64,000 nt of DNA from assembly GCA_030141605.1 (NCBI GenBank), contig JAQGDQ010000086.1, forward strand, positions 553,418 through 617,417. Direction: 5' to 3'. The notes beneath the pieces were generated by a model. That model saw nothing but the letters and a program-made list of their open reading frames with translations, was not told the DNA's origin and did not search any database. Made by a program: the position numbers and the translations under genes. The DNA is from Tubiluchus corallicola. Its lineage: Eukaryota > Animalia > Priapulida. Positions 36,011-47,650 of this stretch are shown here, in pieces (position 1 is the first letter of the stretch; each line of letters begins with the position of its first letter).

Positions 36011-36046
36011 TTAGTGCACTATGTAAACAATTCTGGATTTGGGTAC

Positions 36047-36712
36047 GACTCCATGAATACATAATGCATGATGCGCGATGCGTAATCCGTAATGCGTACA
36101 CAACAGTTTGTATTTGAACATGTAGAATGTGCAATCCGTAATGTGTGATGCGTGATCCGTATTCATTCGAATGTGATCGCTATCGTCCGAATACGCATCA
36201 CGCAGCAATACGCAGATGGGAAACCGACGTTGCCTAGGTAATTATAGCGAGTTTTCGAGTTTCCGGTGACCATTTTCGATGTTTAGCTTTCTTAAAGTTC
36301 TAGTTAGGTGAGTTTTGGTAGCTTTAGGACCTATTTTTCTCTATTTGAAGTTTTGAGATGTGGAAGAAGATTGTAGTTATGTGATGTGCGTCTAACTGCA
36401 GTTTTTTCACTAACGATGATACGTACCATATTGTTTTCTCCTCTGCAAAATGTTGTGCACCCAAAACCTGTGCTTTCTTTTCCGCTTTGTAGTACAATAA
36501 TAAGCTAATGCCGCAGCTGTAAATATGACGCTTAAATTTCGACAGAGACTTGGTTTCCAAAAATTATTGCTTGAAATTTTCATGAATTGCGACCAAAAAT
36601 GGCGGAAAGACTGCTGTGAACGCGTAGCATGTACGGACACATGGAAACAGTCAATACGCATTACGCATTACGGACACAGATCGCACATTACGCATTATGT
36701 GCACATGGAGTC
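36047..36712 (-). mobile_element. PIF/Harbinger internally deleted element
   Basis: TIRs of about 33 bp (gactccatgaatacataatgc.../...gcattatgtgcacatggagtc); internal remnant RKRKHRFWVHNILQRRKQYGTYHR resembles the N-terminus of Harbinger transposases. Confidence 0.75.
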
Positions 36713-37021
36713 ATAACTTAACACTGTAATTTACAAGTAAATGTATAACGGCGCAGCCATTTTTGATCCGTAATGTATTAAGTTGTAGGTGGAGATGTAC
36801 AACAGTATAATGCAATTTGTACCATTTATTATTTTTATTTGTGCCCATGCGGTGCAATCAGTTCAAATAAAAACAATTAAGAAAAGCGAAAAAATATGTT
36901 ATAAATTGCAACGTAAATTAATTGACACATTAATCTACGTTTTGACTTTACAATGGAGGCACACCACCAGAATAGGTGGATACGCAGAACTTGTTTGCTT
37001 TTTCTATTGAAAGCAACTTCA

Positions 37022-37225
<204 letters not shown>

Positions 37226-39623
37226 TACAAATCGAGTTACAATAGATTTTGATTAAAGAGTTTCCCGGCAATATTTTAAAGAGTAGATTGTTTTGTAAAA
37301 CAGTTTAAACTTGGGCCCGGCTTTGCCTTAAAAATTCGTTTTGAAATTTTATATCACATACATGGTGTCTTGTGGCACGCAGCACTTGCATTAGCTTCTA
37401 GCTCGGTATAAAATTTAGAAATTTAAACTGCAGAGATTGGTTAGGCGCAGCCTTTTTAAGGGAGGTCGTATGAAACAAGTTTAGATAACATTCCGTAAAG
37501 ATTCAAAATATGTAACATAACTTTGTATGGAAAGTTCTTTGAGATACACCTTAAGAGTTCTATTTTCTTCCATGTTAAGTATGATGAAATGGGATATTCG
37601 TAAACTGGCTAATGTCAGACAGTGAGCTTCAAGCTTTTAGGCTAATATTAAAAATTAGTATATAAAGTTTTTTTACTCTCCTTTATTAATACATGTTTAA
37701 GCATGATTAAAAGCTTTTTTAATTAGTTCTCAAAAATACATCCGCTCTCTTAGGCGATGAATCCAAATCTCAGCGTCAAAGGGTTGTACCAAAACGGAGG
37801 TCACCTCGGAAAGAAAGTGCTGTTTTAGAAAGAGCGAAGCCAGTAGTTTTCGAACTAGCGTTTTCTAGTTAAGAGACGGTCCAACATTTCTGATCTAGGA
37901 ATGCTGGTGTTTCCTATTTGTTGTGTAAATAAATTAGTTTAGACGCACTATACGATCATCTTTCTGAGTAAACAAAAACAACATATTTTCATGCCCTCGA
38001 ACTTCAAGGTTTGTAAGGACGAATGCGGGGTTAATTTAAATCAATTTAAAATTAAATGGGGCTTTACAGATATTTTGGTACCATACACAATGTGGTTTTC
38101 AGATAATTTTTGCGGATTGCTACATTTTTTTTGTTTTGAACCAAGGACGTCCTCACTAATCATCGTTTTAAACGGAAATTTCAACTGAATTGGATAAATA
38201 TTTTTGAAGTTGAAAAAGTGTGACGGGCAGACAGAGTGAGTGAGTCACCGAATTTATTCTAGGAGCCCAGATGACGCTCGGAAGTTATATTGATTATTGG
38301 AATTCTATATTGATATTTTGATATTGCATCTTTGTCAATACTTAAGAAGTACGGGCAAGTAACATAATATGCACTGTGCAAAATTTACAGTCAAATTCAA
38401 TTCGAAAATATCTGTATCTAAACTTGCAGCAACCATCACCCTGTACTTAAAACTGATATATGAATCCCGGCCGTGCAAGCGTATGTACGATCAGAAGTGC
38501 AGGAAAAATAAAGCAATATTCGTATGTAGAAAACTCATTCCGAAGTAAATTAATATTTCCTATGTATACATAACTGTACGAAGTATTTAAAGAAAGAGTA
38601 CATAGTTACTTCTCTAGTTTTTTTGTGCAAGTATGTATCTATAGGAAACCCCTCTTATCGCATCATTAACCGTGTAATTGTTTATTGAATAACCTGGTGT
38701 AAAGTCCGAGGCAGGAAATAACTCGTTGGAAAAGACCTGACTACTGTGAAATTTGACGGAGCAAACCTATCTCTAAATTTAGTAAAGACACTGTATACGT
38801 CGGGATAAAGATTCATATGATTAAATATTGAATTGTGTAATATATTATGACGTCTACTAACACTTATATATTTTCATTTACAGATTGAACTTTAGGAAGT
38901 GATAATGTAAATAAGTACATCTTGATGTTTTAACTGATTTGTTTATTGCTTTCATTTACAAATATATACAGGTGACACGGCAATGGATATCAAACACTGA
39001 TATCATCAATACTTTTCGTGAACAAACTTTTTTAAGATAAAAACATTTAGTTTAATGCATTAAACGAAAAATCAAAACAAATTTCAGTCTTGTTCTCAAC
39101 AACATACAAACACACTCAAATAGATATACATACATGCAAACACATATAAGCAAAGACATATACATACAAAGGTAGCAGTGTTGCTCTTATAAGAACTGTA
39201 TAGTAACAATAATTTACCCGCAAAATGCATAAAAGGTCTGATCACATGAAAACGTTTAGTACTCCTAAAGTAATTTTGAATGTATTCTCAAATTTTACAG
39301 TTAACGGAAACATTAAAATAATCGCTTCCACGAAGATACGATGCCAGCCAACACCTCACCATTACTGTACCGTGAAATATTGATATTTATTATTTCATAG
39401 TAACATAATTTTTCTGTCAACTGTCTCTTTGCGCTATTATTGTCGTTAACATGGATACCTCGTTTGCTTACCAGTTAGAATGAAGTCACTGAAACTTCTC
39501 AACTTGAAACAATCTTATAATTCATTGACTGCAAATGGTGCAAACTCTACGGCTTCCCAAATTCAGACAAAAAGAAAAATTAATCAGGAAGGAATTAACA
39601 GATGGAGATGGTCACAATTATTA

Positions 39624-39976
39624 CGATGCGTTCAGACTAGCGAGTTTTCTGTCGCAAGTTTTTTCTCTGATAGCAAACTTGCAAATGTGAACTGGTTTGC
39701 GAGCTACTGTTGGCAGGTTATTGCAAACTTTCCGGCAGCTGAATGAGTTGATTTCCCGTGAGTTATTGCCTAGTGTGAACGCCTCGGCAAGCTGATTTGC
39801 TGTGATTTTCTGTCTAGTGTGAACGCTTCGCCGATAAACACTTGACACTTTTGCGGCAAATAGAGATTTGAGTGTCAGAGAGTAACTGGCAGCAAGTTTT
39901 GCTCGCTAGCTTGAACACGATCGCGAGTTACTTAGTGAGTTAGTTGGCGAGAAAACTCGGTAGTCTGAACGCGCCT
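39624..39976. mobile_element. Harbinger-like MITE
   Basis: TIR gcgttcagactagcgagttttc/gaaaactcggtagtctgaacgc; TTA/TAA flanks; related end at 56191-56219. Confidence 0.72.
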
Positions 39977-40193
39977 TAACAACAACAACACTCTTCGTTA
40001 TAAGTTTTCTTGGCTGTGGCTTTCTGTCAACTATTGCTATGAACTTTTTAACCAAAAGATAACAATGACTTTGTATCGCGTTGGTTTCTGGTTCAAATCT
40101 GTTTCGTTCACAATTTTCAATATTTTTAGTTACCTTATTTGCCTGTCAATTATAATCTATACTCTTATATTAATATTCTTGGTATGGGCTTAA

Positions 40194-40610
40194 TTTATAT
40201 ATATATAATTTTCGAGGCTACAGCCCGGACGAGGGCACCATTTGCGGCGATCTATATATCAAACGAAAGGTCTCGATCTAGTGTCGTGCCATTGATGGTT
40301 TATTTTTCGAATCGGGCCCACCGGGAGGAACGGGGGGCGAAAAACCTCCAGAAATGGCCCTTTTTCGGGCGTTTTTTGCAAAAGTTATACGGCTGAGATG
40401 TAGAGAACAGGAATGGGCCCAGGGTGGTTCTGAGTACGGATAGATAGCCCGTTCAGCGGTGGGTGTAGTAGGCATATTTAGAATTCGCGAGAGGGCCACG
40501 GGGTCCCGCGACGGGCGTTTTCCCGGACCCAACTCGCGATTTTTTCGAAATTTTGGCCAAACAGCCTGCGGAAAAAACGTTCTAGCGTCGCCCGGTGGGA
40601 CTCTGGTTAG
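40194..40610 (+). mobile_element. Helitron-like non-autonomous element
   Basis: GC/CpG-rich island between A and T, starting with (TA)n and ending in a GC-rich stretch plus TTAG; no TSD. Confidence 0.5.
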
Positions 40611-41074
40611 TAATTATTTCTAAGAGATTTGTTTGCGCGTCAATGTAAACATACAATTAAGAAGCGCATTGCAAATAGCGCCATTGCAAATAATGACCTG
40701 TTCTAATGATACCTGGCTTAGTAATTGTTGGTAGCTGTACAGTTGACAAAATCAAGTTCGTCCCCCCACCTAACCCTCCAGTCATGTGACCCAATGACCT
40801 GCTAGTGTTATACGAGAAGATTTCACCGTAAATTTTATTTGAAGAAAAACATCGCAAGATTTTATAAATTCATTACTATGAAAAAAGTCTTAATGTGAAA
40901 AATTTATCTTTCTTTGGAGCTTCAAATTAGATTCTTTTAAATATGACAGATTAACTGCTTTGTTTGGGCGTTGGTTTGTCTATGGATTATAGCATTAAAT
41001 AAATAAATAACTAAATTAATTAATTAATTAATGCATAAGCGAATAAATGATGATTAAATGAGTGAAAAAATAAA

Positions 41075-41870
41075 TGCATGAATAAATGAATGAATGAATG
41101 AATGAATGACCATATGAATGAATGAACGAATGAATGAATGAATGAATGAATGAACGAATGAATGAATGAATGAATAAACTAATAAATGAATGAATGAATG
41201 AATGACTAAATGAATAAATGAACGAATGAATGAATAAATGAATGAATGAATGAATGAATGAATGAATGAATGAATGAATGAATGAATGAATGAATAAATG
41301 AATGAATGAATGAATGAATGAATGAATGAATGAATGAATGAATGAATGAATGAATGAATGAATGAATGAATGAATGAATGAATGAATGAATGAATAAATG
41401 AACTAATGAATGAATGGTGAATGAATGAATGAACGTTTGTTTTCTTAATTAGATCTGCTCATTTACTCATGAGTTTATTCAATCAATCTGTAACTTATTA
41501 TTCATTTTATCAAATCATTAATTAATTAATTAATTCATTAATTAATTAATTAATTAATTAATTCATTCATTCATTCATTCATTCATTCATTCATTCATTC
41601 ATTCATTCATTCATTCATTCATTCATTCAGTCAGTCAGTCAGTCAGTCAGTCAGTCAGTCAGTCAGTCAGTCAGTCAGTCAGTCATTCATTCATTCATTC
41701 ATTCATTCATTCATTCATTCATTCATTCATTCATTCATTCATTCATTCATTCATTCATTCATTCATTCATTCATTCATTCATTCATTCATTCATTCATTC
41801 ATTCATTCATTCATTCATTCATTTATTCATTCTTTCATTCATTCGTTCATTCATTAATTTATTCATTCAA
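41075..41870. repeat. (GAAT)n facing (ATTC)n compound microsatellite
   Basis: GAAT 41075-41433, (TTAA)n core, then ATTC/AGTC 41561-41870. Confidence 0.95.
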
Positions 41871-42701
41871 TTAATCAGCCATTCGTTCTTTTACTCAGTA
41901 AATTGGTGATTAATATCCTTTGATATTTGTTCAGTAACATGCAGTCCTACCCTTTATTATTTTTTTCACTTTCTCTTTCCTGATATTCGTGCTTTTCCCT
42001 CTTTCTTTTTTCTTTTTCTATTCATTCTGATCCTTATTTCATTCATGCTCTATGTGTTCCTTCCCCCACTCGTCTGTTTATTCGCTCTTTATTAAGTCAT
42101 TTGTCAGTGCAATATAGGTAAATGTTGCGGTTTAGCTGTATATAGACGAAATATACTTATCTACGCCAAATGGACAAAACAATGACTGAAGACACAGTTG
42201 GATGAATGAAAAAAAAGAAGCTAGGTTACACAACAGTTAGCCATTTTACACAACTGCGCTAAAACGCGACGCAACCCAATACACAATCGCCGGTCTTTAA
42301 CTCGCCTGCGCTTCGCATTCTGCGTGTCATAAAAACGTTGTTGCTCATGTAAAATTGTCTAACAAGCATCCCACCCAAAAATATTTGAACTTAAACTACT
42401 TTCTTGAACTTGGATATACATTAGAATAACAACAGCTAAGGTGGGATGAATTGGTGACATTTAAAACTGTGGTTATGTGTCAAGTATTTAAATGGTAAAG
42501 GTAATAAAATATCGCCATTTGCAGAGGTTAGCTCCTGCGTAGTGTGTGTGTGTGTGAGATTGGTCCAGTCTTTTTTATGCCACAGCTGGTAAACAACAGG
42601 TATCACTATCTCATTCTTTTGTAAACATTTTTCAGTACTTTAAGATCGTAGTTTAAGCAAATACTGTTAGAGTTGGAAATATCATAGAAAATAAGGATGT
42701 G

Positions 42702-42956
42702 TCATCCGATAACTTACGTTAATCCGTATCTCATCCGATAACTTACCTTAATCCGTGTCTCATTCAATAACTTACGTTAATCCGTATCTCATTCGATAAC
42801 TTACCTTAATCCGTGTCTCATTCGTTAACTTACATTAATCCGTGTTTCATTCAATAACTTACGTTAATCCGTATCTCATTCGATAACTTACCTTAATCCG
42901 TGTCTCATTCGTTAACTTACATTAATCCGTGTTTCATTCAATAACTTACATTAATT
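42702..42956. repeat. 29-bp minisatellite, about 9 copies
   Basis: Unit tcattcgataacttacgttaatccgtatc; no spacers. Confidence 0.93.
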
Positions 42957-43239
42957 CGACACCGCTTCATCTTCATAGCAACTAAAACTTAATTTTACTG
43001 TTATACTTGCATTTTATTTTAAATTATTATAATTATATTTTACTAACATGTGAAAAACAAGTGAATTCTCATACAAACTCTATGAGATTACTGTTTCAAT
43101 GTTCGGAACATTTAAACAGGCTTTAAGACGTAAAAGCCAGCGCAGAGTCGGTAGAAAATGCTGCCAATTTTTCCACAAGTTGCCAACTGTTCTTGCAACT
43201 GTTATGGTTCTTGTTGCGTGTTGGGATTATGATTCGTGA

Positions 43240-43560
43240 CTATTGCTGTTGCAGTTGTAGTTATGGCCGTGACCGTGGTTGCGTATATCATTGTCATTGT
43301 TGTTCTTGTTGTTGTCGTTGTTTTTGTTGCTCTAGATGCTGCTGTTGTTGTTATTGTTGCTTTTGATGTTGTTGTCGTTGTTATTGTTGCTCTAGATGTT
43401 GCTGTCGTTGTTATTGTTACTCTTGCTGTTGTTATCGTTATTACTGTTACTCTTGCTGTTGTTATCGTCGTTGTTATTGTTGCTGTTGTAGTTATGACTG
43501 TGACTGCGGTTGAGAATATCACTGTCGCTGCTGTTCTTGCTGTTGCAGTTGTTGTCGTCC
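43240..43560. repeat. Degenerate (GTT)n repeat
   Basis: Seen directly. Confidence 0.85.
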
Positions 43561-43599
43561 ACTCGTCATTGCTACTCCGTGTAACTTGCAATATAACAC

Positions 43600-44050
43600 G
43601 CATTTCTTTTTCCCACATAAGGCTTATTTCACATTACATGCGAGTTGAAACTGGGTGTTGGTCACGTGTTGACCGTGAACTGCGACTTTGTGATTGTAGT
43701 TCAAGTGTTCAAACTGAAAAACATGTAATGTGTAATTGTGCAGTAACTGAGAATTTACGCGTTAGACACTTAGGACAGAATTATTGGTGTTGATACTTTA
43801 TGGAATTTAGACCCAAAAATTATTTTTTCGAATTAACGCATGATGTATTATCAAAATTTATACACCGAATTGAAACCTTGAACATACTAATTTGTATAAT
43901 GTGTCTATACTTGCACTTTTGTAAGCACGTATCTCGTTTTGATATTAAGTTAAGTTAGATTGTGTGCCTGTTATGCATTTATGTCAATTATTATTATTTT
44001 GCTATGCTATTGTTAGACTTACTAACTCGTGGTCAATAAAATTAACTAAG
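43600..44050 (+). mobile_element. Non-LTR retrotransposon 3' end with Cys/His knuckle
   Basis: RLISHYMRVETGCW...RLCDC...TEKHVMCNC. Confidence 0.7.
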
Positions 44051-44398
44051 TAACTATCGCTATTAACGGAACTTCCGGCCTACATGATGCAGTTTATAAA
44101 TATTATTGTAATGTTTATTATATGATGTGGGTTGAATAATAAAAAAGATTTAAAAAAGTGGGCAGTGTCAATATTGATGCGCCTGTCCTTGCTATTAGAC
44201 CAGTCACAGTTGTTACTGTTGGTTTATTGTTATCGTTACTGTTCTATCGTCATCGTTTTTGCTCGGCCTTGAAGATGGTGTTGTTGTTGTCGTTGTGATG
44301 ACGGTGGTGGTGGTTATTGTGGTTGTTGTTGTGGTTGTTGCAATAAACTGATATTTTCAGCATATCTTTCAAACACTCGTTTCTTTTCAGCAAGAAAT

Positions 44399-46498
44399 AT
44401 GCTCGTCGCAAGCTTGATACTTCTTTGGAATTTTGCCGTCATTGAAGCTCAAATTGATCCTCTCAACTTCAATGCTGTATCTTACGGGGCTCCTTACTAC
44501 GGCAATAAGAACTATGCTAACGTTGATCCTGTAAACAACAACGGTTTTTTTCGAGTTCTCTCTGCAGTTGCACCCAGAGAAGTTATGAGCAATGACATCA
44601 ACCTTGCAGCCATTGATGCTCAAGAGCGGCGATTGAGATCTCAACAAAGAAGTCCATTCTTTGACCGAAATTTGCCTGTTCTTCGTACGTTCCATCCAAT
44701 ACCGGTGTCACCTAACAATGTTCTACCAGTGCCTGCCTCATCAGAAGACCCGACATCACCAGGAATAAGGAAGGCAGCTAACGACCAGGATTGCCCCCTT
44801 TGTGTTGTATCAATCTTAAACAAGGAAAAGGAACAATTAGGTGATGCACTTGCTTCGCCAGAGGCTGATGTTAATGCATCTAATACTGCTTCAATTCCAG
44901 AAGATTCCTTACAACTTTTAAACAATACCAACTCATTGGGGAGCAACAATACTACAGTACCTGTTGTGAAAGCACAAGAAGATAAGAAAACGCAGTTCAA
45001 ATCCACACTTCTTGAGCAAACGGGAAGAAGACCATCCCCTACTGGAGTTGTGTGGGGTGATCGACGCAACATCTGGAGTTATCCTAAAAGATCTTATCCT
45101 AGCAGTATTTATGGCAACTCGTATCCTTTTGGTGGTATACAACTTGGACCATTCATTAGAAGAGTTAACAGTTTTCCAAGCGAAGTTTTTTCAACGATAC
45201 CAACGCTCAATGAACCTTTTCCACCTATTATTCGAAACAACAATTTCCTTAATGATGACTTTCGGGGTTCTTTGAACATTCCTGTGAACTCATTTGGCAC
45301 TGGAAGTGTAGCTCCGCAGAGGAATATTAGATCAACCATGAATATGGTCCCGCAGACAAATGTGATGTCAAATGTACTGAGACAACCTTCACCTACCATC
45401 TTTCCAGGCATTACTAATCGAAATAGTGGAACGCAAAGAAACATGGCTACTATCATGCCCAGATCTAGTAATAAGGGCTTTGGCATTTTGTCAGACGACT
45501 ACATTCCACAGAATACCAGCCCATATCGGCAAACCTACTCAGTTTTTAACAACCCATTTTATCCAAATAGGCTCTTGTATGATGCGCCAAGTAACTACTT
45601 TTATCCAAGAGTCAACAACTTTACTCCAAGTAGGACGTTCACTCCCTTTTCAGCTATCCCTAGCAGGCGAGACTCTCTTTCTAATGTCCTTCCCAGAAGC
45701 AATTTCAGAGATAATTTTCTCTTTCCAACAAACTCACCTTCTCGTGGTCCGACAGCACTTCCAATGATGAACCAAGCTAATCAAATGAATCAAATGACAC
45801 AGCTGGGCCAAGTGGTTAGCCCTGCAGTAAGGACACAGGTACCACAATTTCGAGGAGCTATTGGTCCTCCTATAAGGAGCCAGCTTCCACGTTTAAGGCG
45901 TGTTAACAGTTTGATGGGCTTAGATGACTTTGGCAATAAATACATCAATATTGAAGCATTTGATTTCAATGAGTGGTTGAGAGAAGCTGAAGAACTTTCA
46001 AGAACTAAACCTCGACGTAATGTGGCTGAGAATTCGTTAAGCACGAATGAGATTCTTCCAGCAACAATTGATACAGATTCTGAGGCAGTGCTATCAGCTC
46101 TTGCTGATGAAGGAGAGGCATCAGATGTTGATGCAATGGAAATAAGAGTTCAGCCAATAGGATCACGCCGGCGGTCTGGAAGGTTCAAGATCTACGACTC
46201 TGGTTCAGAGCTGCGGCAATTCTCTGGATCTGGGTTGCAATTTGAAAATCCCCCAAGTCCACTCAATGCTATAGTCTTAGAAAGATATCACCCAAAAGTA
46301 TCAAACCCAGCATACTATGATGGCCTGAGGATGTCTAATCCCAGACACATACAATTACCAAACACAGAGAGCATATTAATTCACTTTGAGAAACCTACTC
46401 GTATACAGACAAATGACTTAGCGAACTTGAAAAATGATGGCATAGGATCAATGTTGGGGGAGAAGAATGTGTATACGCCACGATTGCCAGACATGTAA
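44399..46498 (+). CDS. Secreted, low-complexity (N/P/S/R/F-rich) protein of unknown family, single coding exon
   Basis: 699-aa ORF in AT-rich DNA; signal-peptide-like MLVASLILLWNFAVIEA/Q; splice acceptor ttcttttcag 8 nt before the ATG; AATAAA at 46554. Confidence 0.88.
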   Translation: MLVASLILLWNFAVIEAQIDPLNFNAVSYGAPYYGNKNYANVDPVNNNGFFRVLSAVAPREVMSNDINLAAIDAQERRLRSQQRSPFFDRNLPVLRTFHPIPVSPNNVLPVPASSEDPTSPGIRKAANDQDCPLCVVSILNKEKEQLGDALASPEADVNASNTASIPEDSLQLLNNTNSLGSNNTTVPVVKAQEDKKTQFKSTLLEQTGRRPSPTGVVWGDRRNIWSYPKRSYPSSIYGNSYPFGGIQLGPFIRRVNSFPSEVFSTIPTLNEPFPPIIRNNNFLNDDFRGSLNIPVNSFGTGSVAPQRNIRSTMNMVPQTNVMSNVLRQPSPTIFPGITNRNSGTQRNMATIMPRSSNKGFGILSDDYIPQNTSPYRQTYSVFNNPFYPNRLLYDAPSNYFYPRVNNFTPSRTFTPFSAIPSRRDSLSNVLPRSNFRDNFLFPTNSPSRGPTALPMMNQANQMNQMTQLGQVVSPAVRTQVPQFRGAIGPPIRSQLPRLRRVNSLMGLDDFGNKYINIEAFDFNEWLREAEELSRTKPRRNVAENSLSTNEILPATIDTDSEAVLSALADEGEASDVDAMEIRVQPIGSRRRSGRFKIYDSGSELRQFSGSGLQFENPPSPLNAIVLERYHPKVSNPAYYDGLRMSNPRHIQLPNTESILIHFEKPTRIQTNDLANLKNDGIGSMLGEKNVYTPRLPDM

Positions 46499-47465
46499 CT
46501 TCTTTAACATTGTTGTCCGGAACAACATTTACTGCTCAGGTTTCGTTTGGCCTAATAAATTCAGTACACTATCACTTTTAATAATTATAGCAGGTTTGTC
46601 AGGTAGTGTAGGACGTTAATTTTATAACCTATACATCCATTCATTCATGATTTCACTTATAGTAATGTTAAAAATAGTTTCGACACATCATTTTTGCAAA
46701 GTTTATTTCATGGTCGAATTCTTTCTTGTTCTTTCTTTCATTCGTGGCTTGCTGTTATCCATTTCCTATTCAGTCAAATAATCATCCGTTAAGTTAAGGA
46801 TTCCGGTATAAATAAGTTTACCTACATAGAGCGAGATGACTTATTTTATTATTTTTTGAACATAAAACATTTTTACACTAAAGATATATTTAATAAAAGT
46901 AATCGGTAAATGAGTTAATGTGATTGCGTTCTTGTTTTCTTTTTTTGAAATTCATTAATTATTTTCCTAGCATATCTTCTTAAACCATCAAGCAAAAACT
47001 AATTAGCATCACCTTGATTGTCGACGTCAGTGTCTTTATGATCCTTATCATCATAGTCGTCATCAGAATATTGGAAAAGGAGAGTTTTAAAAATGCAGCT
47101 GAGGAGTTACAGTTTAAATTAAAATTAACTTTATTATTATTACGCAGCCAGTTAATGATCAGCATTAAATAATGTCGCATCAGAAACAGTGAAACGTATA
47201 GTCAGTTACTGTTGATAGCAAACCTATTAACTTTTTCAAACATCAGTGATATGCAACAGCCATGGTCGTAGATAAACGGCATGTTTTTCCGATTTTGGTT
47301 GATACGAGAGAGAAGGGAAGATTGCGTTGAAAGATAGTCCGTATTGTTAAATTCCCTTTATAAGAAACGCGCAAATTCCAAGCTGTAGCAGACACCCAGA
47401 CAGCTGAAAATGTCCATGTTGTTGTATTAAAATTATACGTATAGTTTGCTGAAGCAAAACTGAAA

Positions 47466-47473
47466 TATATAAA
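47466..47473 (+). promoter_or_regulatory. TATA box of the aquaporin gene
   Basis: TATATAAAGGGG about 135 nt upstream of the ATG. Confidence 0.55.
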
Positions 47474-47604
47474 GGGGTAGAAACGTGACTCTATTTAAAT
47501 CTCAAAACGAACGAGCAGCAAGCTTTTTGCCTCGCGTGGTTTTCACAAATTTATCTTTCTGTATGAAGGTACTGATAGGGTTAAGTTTGATAGCCAATAA
47601 GACG

Positions 47605-47650
47605 ATGGAGAGCACTTCCAACACTTACTCTTTAGGTGAAAGTGGCAAAG
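47605..47650 (+). CDS. AQP8: Aquaporin exon 1
   Basis: [15 protein letters not shown]; donor AAG/GTATGT, phase 1 matching the next exon. Confidence 0.75.

Noticed and set aside
42702-42956. CRISPR-like 29-bp repeats
   Set aside because: Units are head-to-tail with no spacers, no cas genes, and the context is eukaryotic
43202-43618. Thr-rich mucin-like ORF
   Set aside because: Degenerate (GTT)n repeat adjoining a LINE remnant; no signal peptide or supporting exon structure
44387-46044. Several minus-strand and alternate-frame ORFs within the 699-aa gene
   Set aside because: Shadows of the long plus-strand CDS
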